Source: Candidatus Hydrogenedentota bacterium (GTDB taxonomy: Bacteria > Hydrogenedentota > Hydrogenedentia > Hydrogenedentales > JAEUWI01). Taken from it: DNA of 64,000 bases. Made by a program: the position numbers and the translations under genes. This document shows, in pieces, positions 39,323 through 48,787 of the stretch (position 1 is the stretch's first letter; every line of letters starts with the position of its first letter). The stretch covers positions 2,584 to 66,583 of the forward strand of contig JAXMOL010000045.1 in NCBI GenBank assembly GCA_034669905.1, read 5' to 3'. Under the pieces are notes generated by a model. It had not been told where the DNA came from. It saw only the letters and a list, made by a program, of their open reading frames with translations, and ran no database searches.

Positions 39323-40380
39323 CCATCGCAAAGCAATCGGAAGCAGGCCTGAGTTGTCCGCTGCCCATTAAGAACAGGGGGCAGGTAACCTTGGCCCATG
39401 GTGGTGGCGGAACCCGTATGCGCGACCTCATCGACCAGGTGTTCATGAAGCGATTTCGTAATCCGCTGGGGGACGGCCAGTCGGACGCTGCGTTGCTGAG
39501 CGTTGGCGGTCAGCAACTCGCCTTCACAACAGATTCTTTTGTGGTCGATCCACCTTTTTTCCCGGGCGGCGATATCGGTTCGTTGGCCGTACACGGCACC
39601 GTAAACGATCTTGCCATGTCGGGCGCCCGGCCTTGCTATCTTTCTGCGTCGTACATCCTCGAAGAGGGGTTCGAACTTGCCCAGCTTGAGCGGATTGTGG
39701 ACTCAATGCAGCGTGCGGCAGAGGACTGTGGCGTGGTGATTGTGACAGGGGACACCAAAGTGGTGGAGCGTCACCATGGCGACGGTATATACATCAACAC
39801 GGCGGGGATTGGGATACTTGAACAAGGAAAAGCCTTTGGCCCCATGGCAATAGTTCCGGGCGACCATCTCCTCGTGAACGGGGACCTGGGACGCCATGGC
39901 ATGGCTATTATGACCACCCGCGCGGGCTTCGAACTGGAAACAGCTATTGAAAGCGACTCCGCGCCGCTCTGGCCGTCGGTCCGCGCTCTTATGGAAGCAG
40001 GAATTGAAATACACTGTCTGCGGGACTTGACGCGGGGCGGGCTGGCCAGTGCGCTGGTGGAATTGAGTACCACGTCGGGGTTTGGATTTGATATCGCGGA
40101 ATCCCGGATTCCGGTCTCGCCCGATGTGCGTGGTGCCTGTGAACTGTTGGGTTTTGATCCCCTTCATGTGGCGAACGAAGGGCGTATGGTAGCCTTCGTG
40201 GCGGCCCGGGATAGTGCGCGGGCCGTGGAGGTACTGAATGAAATTAATGGCGAAACGGAGGCCGCATTCATCGGTGTGGTGAAGGCCACCGCGGAGCGAC
40301 GTGTCACATTGGAAAGCGTCATCGGTGTGCCGCGCATACTCGAGATGTTAAGCGGGGAGCAGCTACCACGAATCTGTTAG
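39319..40380 (+). CDS. hypE: HypE
   Basis: [38 protein letters not shown]-terminal LPRIC. Confidence 0.96.
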   Translation: MTIAKQSEAGLSCPLPIKNRGQVTLAHGGGGTRMRDLIDQVFMKRFRNPLGDGQSDAALLSVGGQQLAFTTDSFVVDPPFFPGGDIGSLAVHGTVNDLAMSGARPCYLSASYILEEGFELAQLERIVDSMQRAAEDCGVVIVTGDTKVVERHHGDGIYINTAGIGILEQGKAFGPMAIVPGDHLLVNGDLGRHGMAIMTTRAGFELETAIESDSAPLWPSVRALMEAGIEIHCLRDLTRGGLASALVELSTTSGFGFDIAESRIPVSPDVRGACELLGFDPLHVANEGRMVAFVAARDSARAVEVLNEINGETEAAFIGVVKATAERRVTLESVIGVPRILEMLSGEQLPRIC

Positions 40381-40441
40381 CGAAACAGTTCGTCCGTGGT
40401 AGGTGTATTCCCCGTGATATGAAACGTAGGAGGTCTTGATC

Positions 40442-43156
40442 ATGGCCAGTCAGTGCGTTTACTTTTTCGGCGGGGGCCAGGCGGATGGTGATGCCACCAT
40501 GAAAAATTTACTCGGTGGAAAGGGGGCGAATCTCGCGGATATGGCACGCATCGGTATCCCTGTGCCGGCGGGTTTCACCGTAACGACAGAGGTCTGTTCG
40601 GCCTACTACAAGCACCATGGCCGTATCCCCGTGCGGGTGACGGGGGAATACCGCAACGCCTTGAAGCGGGTTGAGGGCGTCATGGGTAAGACGTTTGGCG
40701 ATACCGAAAATCCGCTACTGCTGTCGGTTCGCTCCGGGGCCCGCCAATCCATGCCGGGTATGATGGATACGGTCTTGAACGTGGGCCTGTGCTCGAAAAC
40801 ACTTCCGGGCCTGATTGCGGCCAGTGGGGATGCCCGCTTTGCCTACGATGCCTACCGCCGACTTATCAGCATGTACGCCGATGTGGTCATGGAAAAAGCG
40901 GCCGGGAGGGAGCCGGCGGAGGGTCCTGGAATACGTGAGAAGCTTGAACTGCGCCTGGAACGCCTCAAAAAGGCACGATCCGTTACAGAAGACACAGAAC
41001 TCAGTGCCGAGGACCTGTGTGGATTATGCACGGAGTACAAGGCGATGGTAAAAGATACCTTGGGAATCCCCTTTCCCGACAACGCGATGAAGCAATTAGA
41101 GGGCTCTATCAAGGCGGTTTTTCAGTCCTGGAACGGCAAGCGCGCCATCACGTATCGCCGCGTGGAGGGTATCCCCGATGATTGGGGCACAGCCGTAAAC
41201 GTGCAGGCCATGGTCTTTGGTAATTTGGGCGACACCTCCGCGACGGGCGTAGCCTTCACGCGCAATCCCGCCAATGGACGTGATCAGTTTTACGGGGAAT
41301 GGCTTGTCAATGCGCAGGGCGAAGATGTGGTGGCCGGCACACGCACGCCGCTCCCGCTGAATAAGGCGTCAAAGTCTGGGGGGCAGGGGCGCGTCAAGTC
41401 CATGGAGGAAATGTGGCCGAAGACCTACAAGAAACTCGTCGCAATTCGAAATAAGCTGGAGAAACACTATACCGACATGCAGGACATTGAGTTTACCGTC
41501 GAGAAGAAGGAGCTCTGGATGCTTCAGACCCGAACCGGTAAGCGGACTGGGAGCGCCGCGGTTCGCATGGCGGTTGAAATGGTGGAGCAAAAGCTCATCA
41601 GCAACAAGACGGCACTCCTGCGGGTAAACCCGAAACAGATTGAGGAATTGCTGCACCCCGTGCTCGATGTCCGTGCGGAGAAGAGGGCGACGCTGCTGGC
41701 CACGGGGCTTCCCGCCGGGCCGGGCGCTGGCGTGGGGCAGGTGGTGTTTACCGCTGGCGCTGCCGAAGCCTGGAAGAAGCGGGGGGAGAAGGTCATCCTT
41801 GTGCGCAATGAGACGTCTCCGGAAGACGTGCACGGGATGCACGCGGCCCAGGGCATCCTCACCGCCAAGGGAGGGATGACAAGTCACGCGGCGTTGGTAG
41901 CGCGGGGCTGGGGGAAGTGCTGCATCGTTGGCTGTGCCGCGCTCGAAATCAATGCGGAGCGCAAGGAGTGCCACATCGGAAAGCGGGTCCTGAAGGAAGG
42001 GGATTGGGTTTCGATGAATGGCACGACGGGTTCCCTCTTTGAAGGCGTGATCGCGGTAATGCCCGCTCAGCCGGAGAAGAACAAATGGTACAGAAAGCTC
42101 ATGGGCTGGGCCGACCTTTACCGGCAGATTCAGGTGCGTACCAACGGTGAGACCCCGTCCGACGCGGTTCAGGCGCTTGCTTTCGGCGCGGAAGGTATCG
42201 GCCTGGCGAGAACGGAGCACATGTTCTTCGACCCCGATCGTATTATTCACATGCGCGAAATGATCCTGGCCGAGTCCGAGGCGGTACGACGTGCCGCGGT
42301 AATGAAACTTCTGCCCTTCCAGAAGAAGGACTTCGTGGCCATATTTAACGCCATGAAGGGAAAGCCCGTTACCATCCGACTGCTGGATCCCCCGCTGCAT
42401 GAGTTTATTGCCATGGACGATGGGCAGATCAAAGAACTGGCGAGCGACATGGGCCTCCGGCCCGCCGCCATCAAGCGCCGCATTGCGCAACTTCATGAGC
42501 TGAATCCCATGCTCGGCCATCGCGGCTGCCGTCTTGGCATCGCGTATCCGGAAATTACAGAAATGCAGGCGACTGCCATCCTAAGCGCGGCCGCCGAACT
42601 CCTGAAGCGTAAGAAGAACGTGTTGCCTGAAATCATGATTCCGCTGGTGGGACATGAAAACGAATTCATTCACCAGGCCAGGCTGGTTCGGGAGGTGGCG
42701 GAAGTCGTACGGAAAAAATTCAAACTGAAGAAGCTCCCCTTCAAGGTGGGCACCATGATAGAAATTCCCCGAGCGTGTTTCGTTGCCGACCGCATCGCCG
42801 CGGAAGCCGACTTCTTCAGCTTTGGAACGAATGACCTGACGCAGATGGGATTCGGGTTTTCCCGGGATGATGTGGGTACGTTCCTGCCCATCTACCTGCA
42901 GCAGGAAATCCTGCCCCGCGACCCCTTTGCGGTGCTGGACCAGGAAGGAATCGGCCAGTTGATAGAAATGGCCGTGGCGCGGGGGCGCCAACGTCGCCCT
43001 GCACTTAAAATTGGAATATGTGGTGAGCATGGTGGCGAGCCCAACTCGGTGAAATTCTGCCATCGCAGTGGCTTGGACTATGTGAGCTGTAGTCCCTTCC
43101 GGGTGCCCATTGCCCGTCTTGCTGCTGCCCAGGCTGCACTGGAGGACCCGAGATAG
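40442..43156 (+). CDS. ppdK: Pyruvate, phosphate dikinase
   Basis: LLGGKGANL, SVRSGA..SMPGMMDT, GGMTSHAA (phospho-His), ARTEHMF, FSFGTND, CGEHGG. Confidence 0.97.
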   Translation: MASQCVYFFGGGQADGDATMKNLLGGKGANLADMARIGIPVPAGFTVTTEVCSAYYKHHGRIPVRVTGEYRNALKRVEGVMGKTFGDTENPLLLSVRSGARQSMPGMMDTVLNVGLCSKTLPGLIAASGDARFAYDAYRRLISMYADVVMEKAAGREPAEGPGIREKLELRLERLKKARSVTEDTELSAEDLCGLCTEYKAMVKDTLGIPFPDNAMKQLEGSIKAVFQSWNGKRAITYRRVEGIPDDWGTAVNVQAMVFGNLGDTSATGVAFTRNPANGRDQFYGEWLVNAQGEDVVAGTRTPLPLNKASKSGGQGRVKSMEEMWPKTYKKLVAIRNKLEKHYTDMQDIEFTVEKKELWMLQTRTGKRTGSAAVRMAVEMVEQKLISNKTALLRVNPKQIEELLHPVLDVRAEKRATLLATGLPAGPGAGVGQVVFTAGAAEAWKKRGEKVILVRNETSPEDVHGMHAAQGILTAKGGMTSHAALVARGWGKCCIVGCAALEINAERKECHIGKRVLKEGDWVSMNGTTGSLFEGVIAVMPAQPEKNKWYRKLMGWADLYRQIQVRTNGETPSDAVQALAFGAEGIGLARTEHMFFDPDRIIHMREMILAESEAVRRAAVMKLLPFQKKDFVAIFNAMKGKPVTIRLLDPPLHEFIAMDDGQIKELASDMGLRPAAIKRRIAQLHELNPMLGHRGCRLGIAYPEITEMQATAILSAAAELLKRKKNVLPEIMIPLVGHENEFIHQARLVREVAEVVRKKFKLKKLPFKVGTMIEIPRACFVADRIAAEADFFSFGTNDLTQMGFGFSRDDVGTFLPIYLQQEILPRDPFAVLDQEGIGQLIEMAVARGRQRRPALKIGICGEHGGEPNSVKFCHRSGLDYVSCSPFRVPIARLAAAQAALEDPR

Positions 43157-43386
43157 ACGGCGGAGGATGCCTGGCTGAGGTTGAGATGGAGAGAAGGGCT
43201 GCGGGTACCTGGAAGACCTGAAGAAATCCGGGAGAAATGGCGGTCCGCATTCCGCGTCTGGCAGTTCCCGGGGACCCATCTTTCCACGAGGCTTCGTGCC
43301 CCCGAGCGCGGTCTCACCGTAGCGCCTTGCTGCGCCCTGTTCGGCCGTTCCGTTTCAGCGCTCTCACGTAACTTTGCAAGTCCGTT

Positions 43387-44247
43387 TCAATAGATCAACT
43401 CCGCCCACCGACCGTTTTCCTTAAGGCCGTTCTGAACGGTCTGCCACGCGGATTCTGAGTCGGCGACGCGGACCATGGTCTTGTTAAAACTCTGTAGTGC
43501 CGATTCGAGGCCGGCGATGTAGACGTAGGTGTTGGGCTCACGGAGCATGTTCCAAACATCTTCGCCGTTTTCTTTCATGTGCTCTTCCCAGGAGACGGGT
43601 TCGTGGAGATGGGGGCGGGGACTGACGGCCTCAAAGGCTTTGAAGCTTTCTTCATCATAGTAGAGGTCAAAGTCGTTGAGGAGGTCGTTCATGTAGAGGA
43701 GTTCCAGGCCGTGGTTGGCACCATAGAAGAGCCGTACCTGCCCTTTCCAGGAACCTTTCTCATGGAAGATGCGCTTCACGAAAGCGCGGAAGGGCGCGAT
43801 GCCCGTGCCTACGCCTACCATGAGAATGTTCGCCTCCGGATCCTCTGGCATGGAAAATTGGTTGCTGTACGGCCCCGTGATAGTGAGTTTGTCTCCGGCC
43901 TGTCGGTCACACAGGTAGTTGGAGGCCACCCCGGGATACTCCTCCCCGTTAATTTCGTCGATGTAGGAGCACCGGCGGACGCAGATGGCGATTTCTGTGC
44001 CTTTTCCATCTTCGCCCAGGCGGGTACTGGCAATGGAGTAGAGACGCAAATGTTGCGGATTGCCGAAGACATGATCGCCGGATATCAGCACGCCAATACT
44101 TTGTCCTTCGACGAAAGAGAGGCTCCCGCCGGGTACTTCCAGGGTAATGTGGCGCACTTCAACCGAAGATTCCTCGGGGGTGATGCGGTAGGTGGCTTTC
44201 ACCACCGCGGTGTGCGTATGACTGGTGTCGTAGTAGGAGAGTTTCAT
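43387..44247 (-). CDS. Ferredoxin--NADP+ reductase-like flavoprotein (plant-type FNR/BoxA reductase fold)
   Basis: GQSIG, RLYSIAS, GVASNYLC, GTGIAPF, YGA, C-terminal Tyr (AELIY). Confidence 0.88.
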   Translation of the reverse strand: MKLSYYDTSHTHTAVVKATYRITPEESSVEVRHITLEVPGGSLSFVEGQSIGVLISGDHVFGNPQHLRLYSIASTRLGEDGKGTEIAICVRRCSYIDEINGEEYPGVASNYLCDRQAGDKLTITGPYSNQFSMPEDPEANILMVGVGTGIAPFRAFVKRIFHEKGSWKGQVRLFYGANHGLELLYMNDLLNDFDLYYDEESFKAFEAVSPRPHLHEPVSWEEHMKENGEDVWNMLREPNTYVYIAGLESALQSFNKTMVRVADSESAWQTVQNGLKENGRWAELIY

Positions 44248-44450
44248 GACCGTTCCTCCTGATTCGTGCGCTTCTTGTGCGCCGGTTGGACTGAATGGCA
44301 GGTTGCGGCGGCGGCGCAGCATTTGCACCCCAGCCCTTGTGCGCCCGTTGTTCCTGATTCGCATTCATGAGACGTCTTGCCGCAATAGTGCAACACGGCG
44401 AGGACGGCTGCCACGACCAACCAGGCGATAAGTAGTTTTAGGAATAACAT
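44244..44450 (-). CDS. 68-aa single-TM, Cys-rich protein
   Basis: Fills the rnfA-fnr gap; ATGA overlap with fnr; N-terminal TM helix and six Cys. Confidence 0.7.
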   Translation of the reverse strand: MLFLKLLIAWLVVAAVLAVLHYCGKTSHECESGTTGAQGLGCKCCAAAATCHSVQPAHKKRTNQEERS

Positions 44451-44454
44451 GGTA

Positions 44455-45036
44455 CTACGTCCCCAGTCCGGCGAATCCCATGAAGGCCAACGAGAGTATG
44501 CCGGCGACCATGAGGGTCAGGCCGGCCCCTTTCGCGATTCCGGGCACATCGTGCAAGGCCAATTGTTCGCGCAGCCCGGACATTATCACCAGGGCGAGGG
44601 TAAATCCGCTCCCGGCGCCCAAGGCGTAGGCCACACATTGTAGAAAGTTGTATCCCTTGAAGGTCTGGAAGAGGGCCAAGCCCAGGATGGCGCAGTTGGT
44701 GGTAATCAGGGGGAGAAAGATTCCCAGTGCCCGGAAGAGGGCGGGACTGAATTTCTTCAACACCATTTCCACCAATTGCACGGCCGAGGCAATAACCGCG
44801 ATGTAACAGATGAGCCGGAGGTACTCCATGCCAAGGGCCAGGAGCAGGGCATTGATAACGTAAGCGCACATAGAACTCACCAGCATGACGAACATGACTG
44901 CCAGTCCCATGCGGCTTGCGGTTTCGTACTTCCCCGAAACGCCCAGAAAGGGACAAATGCCAAGAAAGGTGCTGAGCACGAAATTGTTGATAATGCAGGC
45001 GTTCAGAAAGATGAACGATAGGGAGTCATCCGACAT
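44455..45036 (-). CDS. rnfA: Rnf complex subunit A
   Basis: NNFVLSTFLGICPFLGVS, LFRALGIFLPLITTNCAILG. Confidence 0.93.
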   Translation of the reverse strand: MSDDSLSFIFLNACIINNFVLSTFLGICPFLGVSGKYETASRMGLAVMFVMLVSSMCAYVINALLLALGMEYLRLICYIAVIASAVQLVEMVLKKFSPALFRALGIFLPLITTNCAILGLALFQTFKGYNFLQCVAYALGAGSGFTLALVIMSGLREQLALHDVPGIAKGAGLTLMVAGILSLAFMGFAGLGT

Positions 45037-45670
45037 GGGGTCCATCCTTTTCGATAGTGCGCCGCTCCGAGCGGGCTTTCAACGCGGCGAATAACAACAG
45101 CCATGCGCCGAGGACAAAGAATCCTCCCGGCGGAAGGATCATAACGGCCCAGGGTTCGAAGTGTGGACCGAACACATCGACGCCGAGCAGGGAACCGTTT
45201 CCGAGCAATTCCCGCACGCCGCCGAGACAGAGTAATGCGAAGGTGAATCCAACCCCCATGCCGAGGGCATCCAGAATTGCCTGGACGGGTCCGTTCTTGG
45301 ACGCGAAGGCCTCTGCACGGCCCAGGATAATGCAATTGACGACGATGAGTTGGATAAAGGCTCCAAGGGCGAGGTAGACCTCCAGACTGATTGCCTGGAG
45401 CGCATAGTCCACTATGGTCACAAAGGTGGCAATGATGACGATATAGGTTGCAATGCGTACCTGTTTCGGAATGACATGTCGCAAGAGGGAGACGAGCGTG
45501 CTTGAGCTGACCAGCACAAAAAGGGTCGCCAGGCCCATGGCCAGGGCGTTGATCACCGAGTTCGATACGGCCAGCACGGGGCACATCCCCAGCAACATGA
45601 CGAATACCGGATTCTCGCGCCAGAGACCTTTGGCGAAGATATCGAAGGATTCATTGTGTGCTGTACTCAT
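45026..45670 (-). CDS. rnfE: Rnf complex subunit E
   Basis: ENPVF..LLGMCPVLAVS, LIVVNCIILGRAEAFA, LPPGGF. Confidence 0.93.
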   Translation of the reverse strand: MSTAHNESFDIFAKGLWRENPVFVMLLGMCPVLAVSNSVINALAMGLATLFVLVSSSTLVSLLRHVIPKQVRIATYIVIIATFVTIVDYALQAISLEVYLALGAFIQLIVVNCIILGRAEAFASKNGPVQAILDALGMGVGFTFALLCLGGVRELLGNGSLLGVDVFGPHFEPWAVMILPPGGFFVLGAWLLLFAALKARSERRTIEKDGPHVG

Positions 45671-46374
45671 GAGCCCGCTCCTTCCAGTTCGGCCAGGTGG
45701 GGACGGAGCCGGGGCAGCTTTGCCCGCAGACTCGCTTCCAGCATGGCACCGATGGCCTTGGAACTGATGGTTGCGCCCGCGATGCCGTCAATTTCCCAGG
45801 GATTCGTCTTCTTGCCATGCTTGACGACGACGATACCGTGCGACAGGACGTCCGTTTCTCCGCCCACCGCGGCCTCCAAAGCGTCGAAGTTGGCCAGGAA
45901 TACCGGGTCCTTTGCGATCTTGTCGCCGAGTCCGGGGGTTTCCTTACTCTCCAGCACCGTCATGCCGGTTACAATCTGGCGGACCCCATCGTAGCCGTAG
46001 AGGATACGAATGACATCCTGGTAGCCCTGGCCTGACGCCTCCAGAGCCACACCGCGCAGCGCCCCGGCATCGTCATAGACGGCGTAGAAGCGCTCCCCAA
46101 ATCCCGCGCCCGTGGGGTCCGGGTCAATACCGTTCTCTGTGAATCCGTACGCCTTCTTCTGGGTGCCTTCCGGTACCACGGTAAAGATGGCCGCTTCGAC
46201 CATGGCCTCCCGGTTGGCATCGATATAGGGCGCGGTAAGCTGGAAGATACCAACGATTAGCAGGCCGGAAAGGGCTGCCACGCCGGAGAGTACGATCATC
46301 ATCTTCCGGGTGTTCGCCGAGGGGGCTTCGCCAGGCGTGGGGAGCGGGGTAGTCGCTTGGAGTGTTTCAGCCAT
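45667..46374 (-). CDS. rnfG: Rnf complex subunit G (covalent FMN)
   Basis: Single TM; GYQDVI, ETPGLGDKI, DGIAGATISS flavinylation site. Confidence 0.9.
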   Translation of the reverse strand: MAETLQATTPLPTPGEAPSANTRKMMIVLSGVAALSGLLIVGIFQLTAPYIDANREAMVEAAIFTVVPEGTQKKAYGFTENGIDPDPTGAGFGERFYAVYDDAGALRGVALEASGQGYQDVIRILYGYDGVRQIVTGMTVLESKETPGLGDKIAKDPVFLANFDALEAAVGGETDVLSHGIVVVKHGKKTNPWEIDGIAGATISSKAIGAMLEASLRAKLPRLRPHLAELEGAGS

Positions 46375-47419
46375 GCTGTTCCTTTCGCTGGCCGAAGATG
46401 CGCGGCTGGGTCCATTGGTCGATTAAGGGCGTCATGGCATTGCCCAGGAGGATGGCGTACATGACGCCCTCCGGCAGCCCCCCCTTGAGGCGGATGATAA
46501 TCGTCAGGGAACCGATGAGTGCGCCGTAGATCCAGACTCCCCAAGGAGTGACGGGCGAGCCCACCATATCGCTGGCCATGAATAGGGCCCCCAACATGAG
46601 TCCGCCGGAAAAGAGCATGAAGACGGGGCTCGGGTACGTGGCGGAATCACTCAGGTAGAAAGCGCCGCTCAGGACGTAGGCCGTGCCGAGCACGGCAACG
46701 GGGATACGCCAGTCCATGATGCGTCGGATGATCAAATAAGCACCGGCCAACAACAAGAGAAGCGAACAGGTTTCGCCGGCCGAGCCCGCGGTCATGCCGA
46801 AGAACAGGGGCGACAGGTCCGTTTGCACCTGGCTGAACTTGTGCAGTGACAGGGGGGTCGCACCGCTGAATCCGTCCACGGTAACGGAAGCCATCCAGGC
46901 GTCTATGCTGGGCGGCTTGCAGAAGGGTGGAGTCAGTGAAGTGGGGACGAACTCTCCAAAGCGTCCCGTCGCCTGGGCGGGCGACCACGTGGTGATGGCC
47001 ACGGGAAAGGAAGCCTGCAGAAAGGCTCTTCCCACCAAGGCGGGATTAAACACGTTAAAGCCGAGTCCGCCAAATAGGGCCTTGCCCAGGGCCACGGCGA
47101 TGACGGCCCCAAGGGCGGCCATCCACAGGGGGAATCCGGGGGGGAGCGTAAGGGCGAGTAGCATACCCGTGATAATGATACTCCCGTCGGAGAGGGTCGA
47201 TGGCTTCGCGGAGAGATAGCTGCAGAGCCGTTCGGTTGCGGCGCATACGCCGACGCAGGTGAACAGGAGGGCCAACGCGCTGAGGCCAAATTGCCACACA
47301 CTGAAGGCGCAGACCGGCGTGAGGGCGTAGATCACGTGGTACATGATGTGGTCCACGCTGATGGGTTTGTGCAGGTGGGGCGAGGCCTGGAGCTCGAGTA
47401 GATGGGTGTTCGTGCTCAT
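46367..47419 (-). CDS. rnfD: Rnf complex subunit D
   Basis: SPH, FGGLGFNVFNPA, DGFSGATPL (FMN-Thr), GSAGE, FMASD, YAILLGN. Confidence 0.93.
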   Translation of the reverse strand: MSTNTHLLELQASPHLHKPISVDHIMYHVIYALTPVCAFSVWQFGLSALALLFTCVGVCAATERLCSYLSAKPSTLSDGSIIITGMLLALTLPPGFPLWMAALGAVIAVALGKALFGGLGFNVFNPALVGRAFLQASFPVAITTWSPAQATGRFGEFVPTSLTPPFCKPPSIDAWMASVTVDGFSGATPLSLHKFSQVQTDLSPLFFGMTAGSAGETCSLLLLLAGAYLIIRRIMDWRIPVAVLGTAYVLSGAFYLSDSATYPSPVFMLFSGGLMLGALFMASDMVGSPVTPWGVWIYGALIGSLTIIIRLKGGLPEGVMYAILLGNAMTPLIDQWTQPRIFGQRKEQHG

Positions 47420-48762
47420 GATGTCGCCGCCTTTCGTTCGCGGACGAGTTGTTTGCTCACCCGGAACTGCTGGACCAATGGGATTTTTGCAGGACACACG
47501 TAGGTGCAGCAGCCACATTCAAAGCAGTCCATCAGGTGAAAATCATCCGCCATACGGTCGTAGTCGCGGACCCGCGCCAACTGACCGAGGAAACAGGGAT
47601 TGAGTTGAATAGGGCAGGCCTGGAGACAGGCACCACATTTAATACAGGGCCGCGTCGCCACATGTTGGCGCGCTTCTTCTCGGGGCAGTACGAGGATCCC
47701 TGAGACGCCTTTGGTGATCGGGGTGTCCCACGACACGATGGCCGACCCCATCATCGGCCCGCCAAAGATCACCCGGGCCTTTCCCGATTTCAGGCCCACG
47801 TGATCGAGGACATGCCGAATTGGTGTGCCCAGTGCGACGAGATAGTTCCCGGGCTTCTGGATGCCCTCTCCTGTTACGGTAATGATCCGCTCGATAAGGC
47901 CCTGTTGCTTCGGTACGAGTTCGCCAATCTGCGCCAGGGTGGCCACGTTGAACACGGCGGCCCCCACGTCGGCGGGCAGTCCACCAGCGGGCACTTCTCG
48001 ATTGAGAAGGGACTGAATCAACATCTTCTCGGCGCCCTGGGGATACTTTGTTTCCACAATGCGCACGTCCACCCGGTCTTCGGGCCGGATAACCCCATTC
48101 AACGCCGCCGCGGCATCGGGCTTGTTGGCTTCGATGCCGATAATCGCCCGCTCCGCATTCAGTGCCTTCCGGATTACGGCCAGGCCCTTGAGCACGGCCT
48201 CGGGCTGCTCCACCATGAGCCGGTGGTCGGTGGTGAGGTAGGGCTCACACTCGCAGCCGTTGACGATAATCGTGTCGACCGATTTTCCGGGGGGTACCTT
48301 CAGCTTTACGTGGGTCGGGAACGCCGCGCCGCCCAATCCCACCACGCCGGTATGCTGCACCGCTGCGACAAGTTGTTCCGGTGTCATGGTGTCGATATCT
48401 TGTGGGGCGCCATAAAGGATGGCCTGATCGGCGCTGGGGTACCCCTCGATGACGATGGAAGGCACCAGTTGTCCCTTCGGGGTGGGTATATTGCTTATTC
48501 CTCGGACGCGGCCGGTTATCGGCGCATGCATCGGCACCGAGACAAAGCCGACGGCCTCGGCGATGGGTTCGCCGCGGACCACCTCTTGCCCAGGCCTCAC
48601 CAGCGGCACAGCGGGTGCGCCGGTATGTTGCGAAAGGGGCACGTAGACGACGTCGGGAAAGGGCAGACGCACCACGGCACGGTCCGCCGTGAGCTCCTTA
48701 TGCTCCGGCGGATGTAGTCCGTGGGAAAAGCTCTTTCGTCGTAGCTTGAATATCGTCAACAT
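47416..48762 (-). CDS. rnfC: Rnf complex subunit C
   Basis: QHTGAP, GVVGLGGAAFPT, NGCECEPYLT.D, KYPQGAEK, GGPMMG, two CxxCxxCxxxCP. Confidence 0.94.
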   Translation of the reverse strand: MLTIFKLRRKSFSHGLHPPEHKELTADRAVVRLPFPDVVYVPLSQHTGAPAVPLVRPGQEVVRGEPIAEAVGFVSVPMHAPITGRVRGISNIPTPKGQLVPSIVIEGYPSADQAILYGAPQDIDTMTPEQLVAAVQHTGVVGLGGAAFPTHVKLKVPPGKSVDTIIVNGCECEPYLTTDHRLMVEQPEAVLKGLAVIRKALNAERAIIGIEANKPDAAAALNGVIRPEDRVDVRIVETKYPQGAEKMLIQSLLNREVPAGGLPADVGAAVFNVATLAQIGELVPKQQGLIERIITVTGEGIQKPGNYLVALGTPIRHVLDHVGLKSGKARVIFGGPMMGSAIVSWDTPITKGVSGILVLPREEARQHVATRPCIKCGACLQACPIQLNPCFLGQLARVRDYDRMADDFHLMDCFECGCCTYVCPAKIPLVQQFRVSKQLVRERKAATS

Positions 48763-48787
48763 GTTCTCTCGGCCCTTGAGCAGGTGC

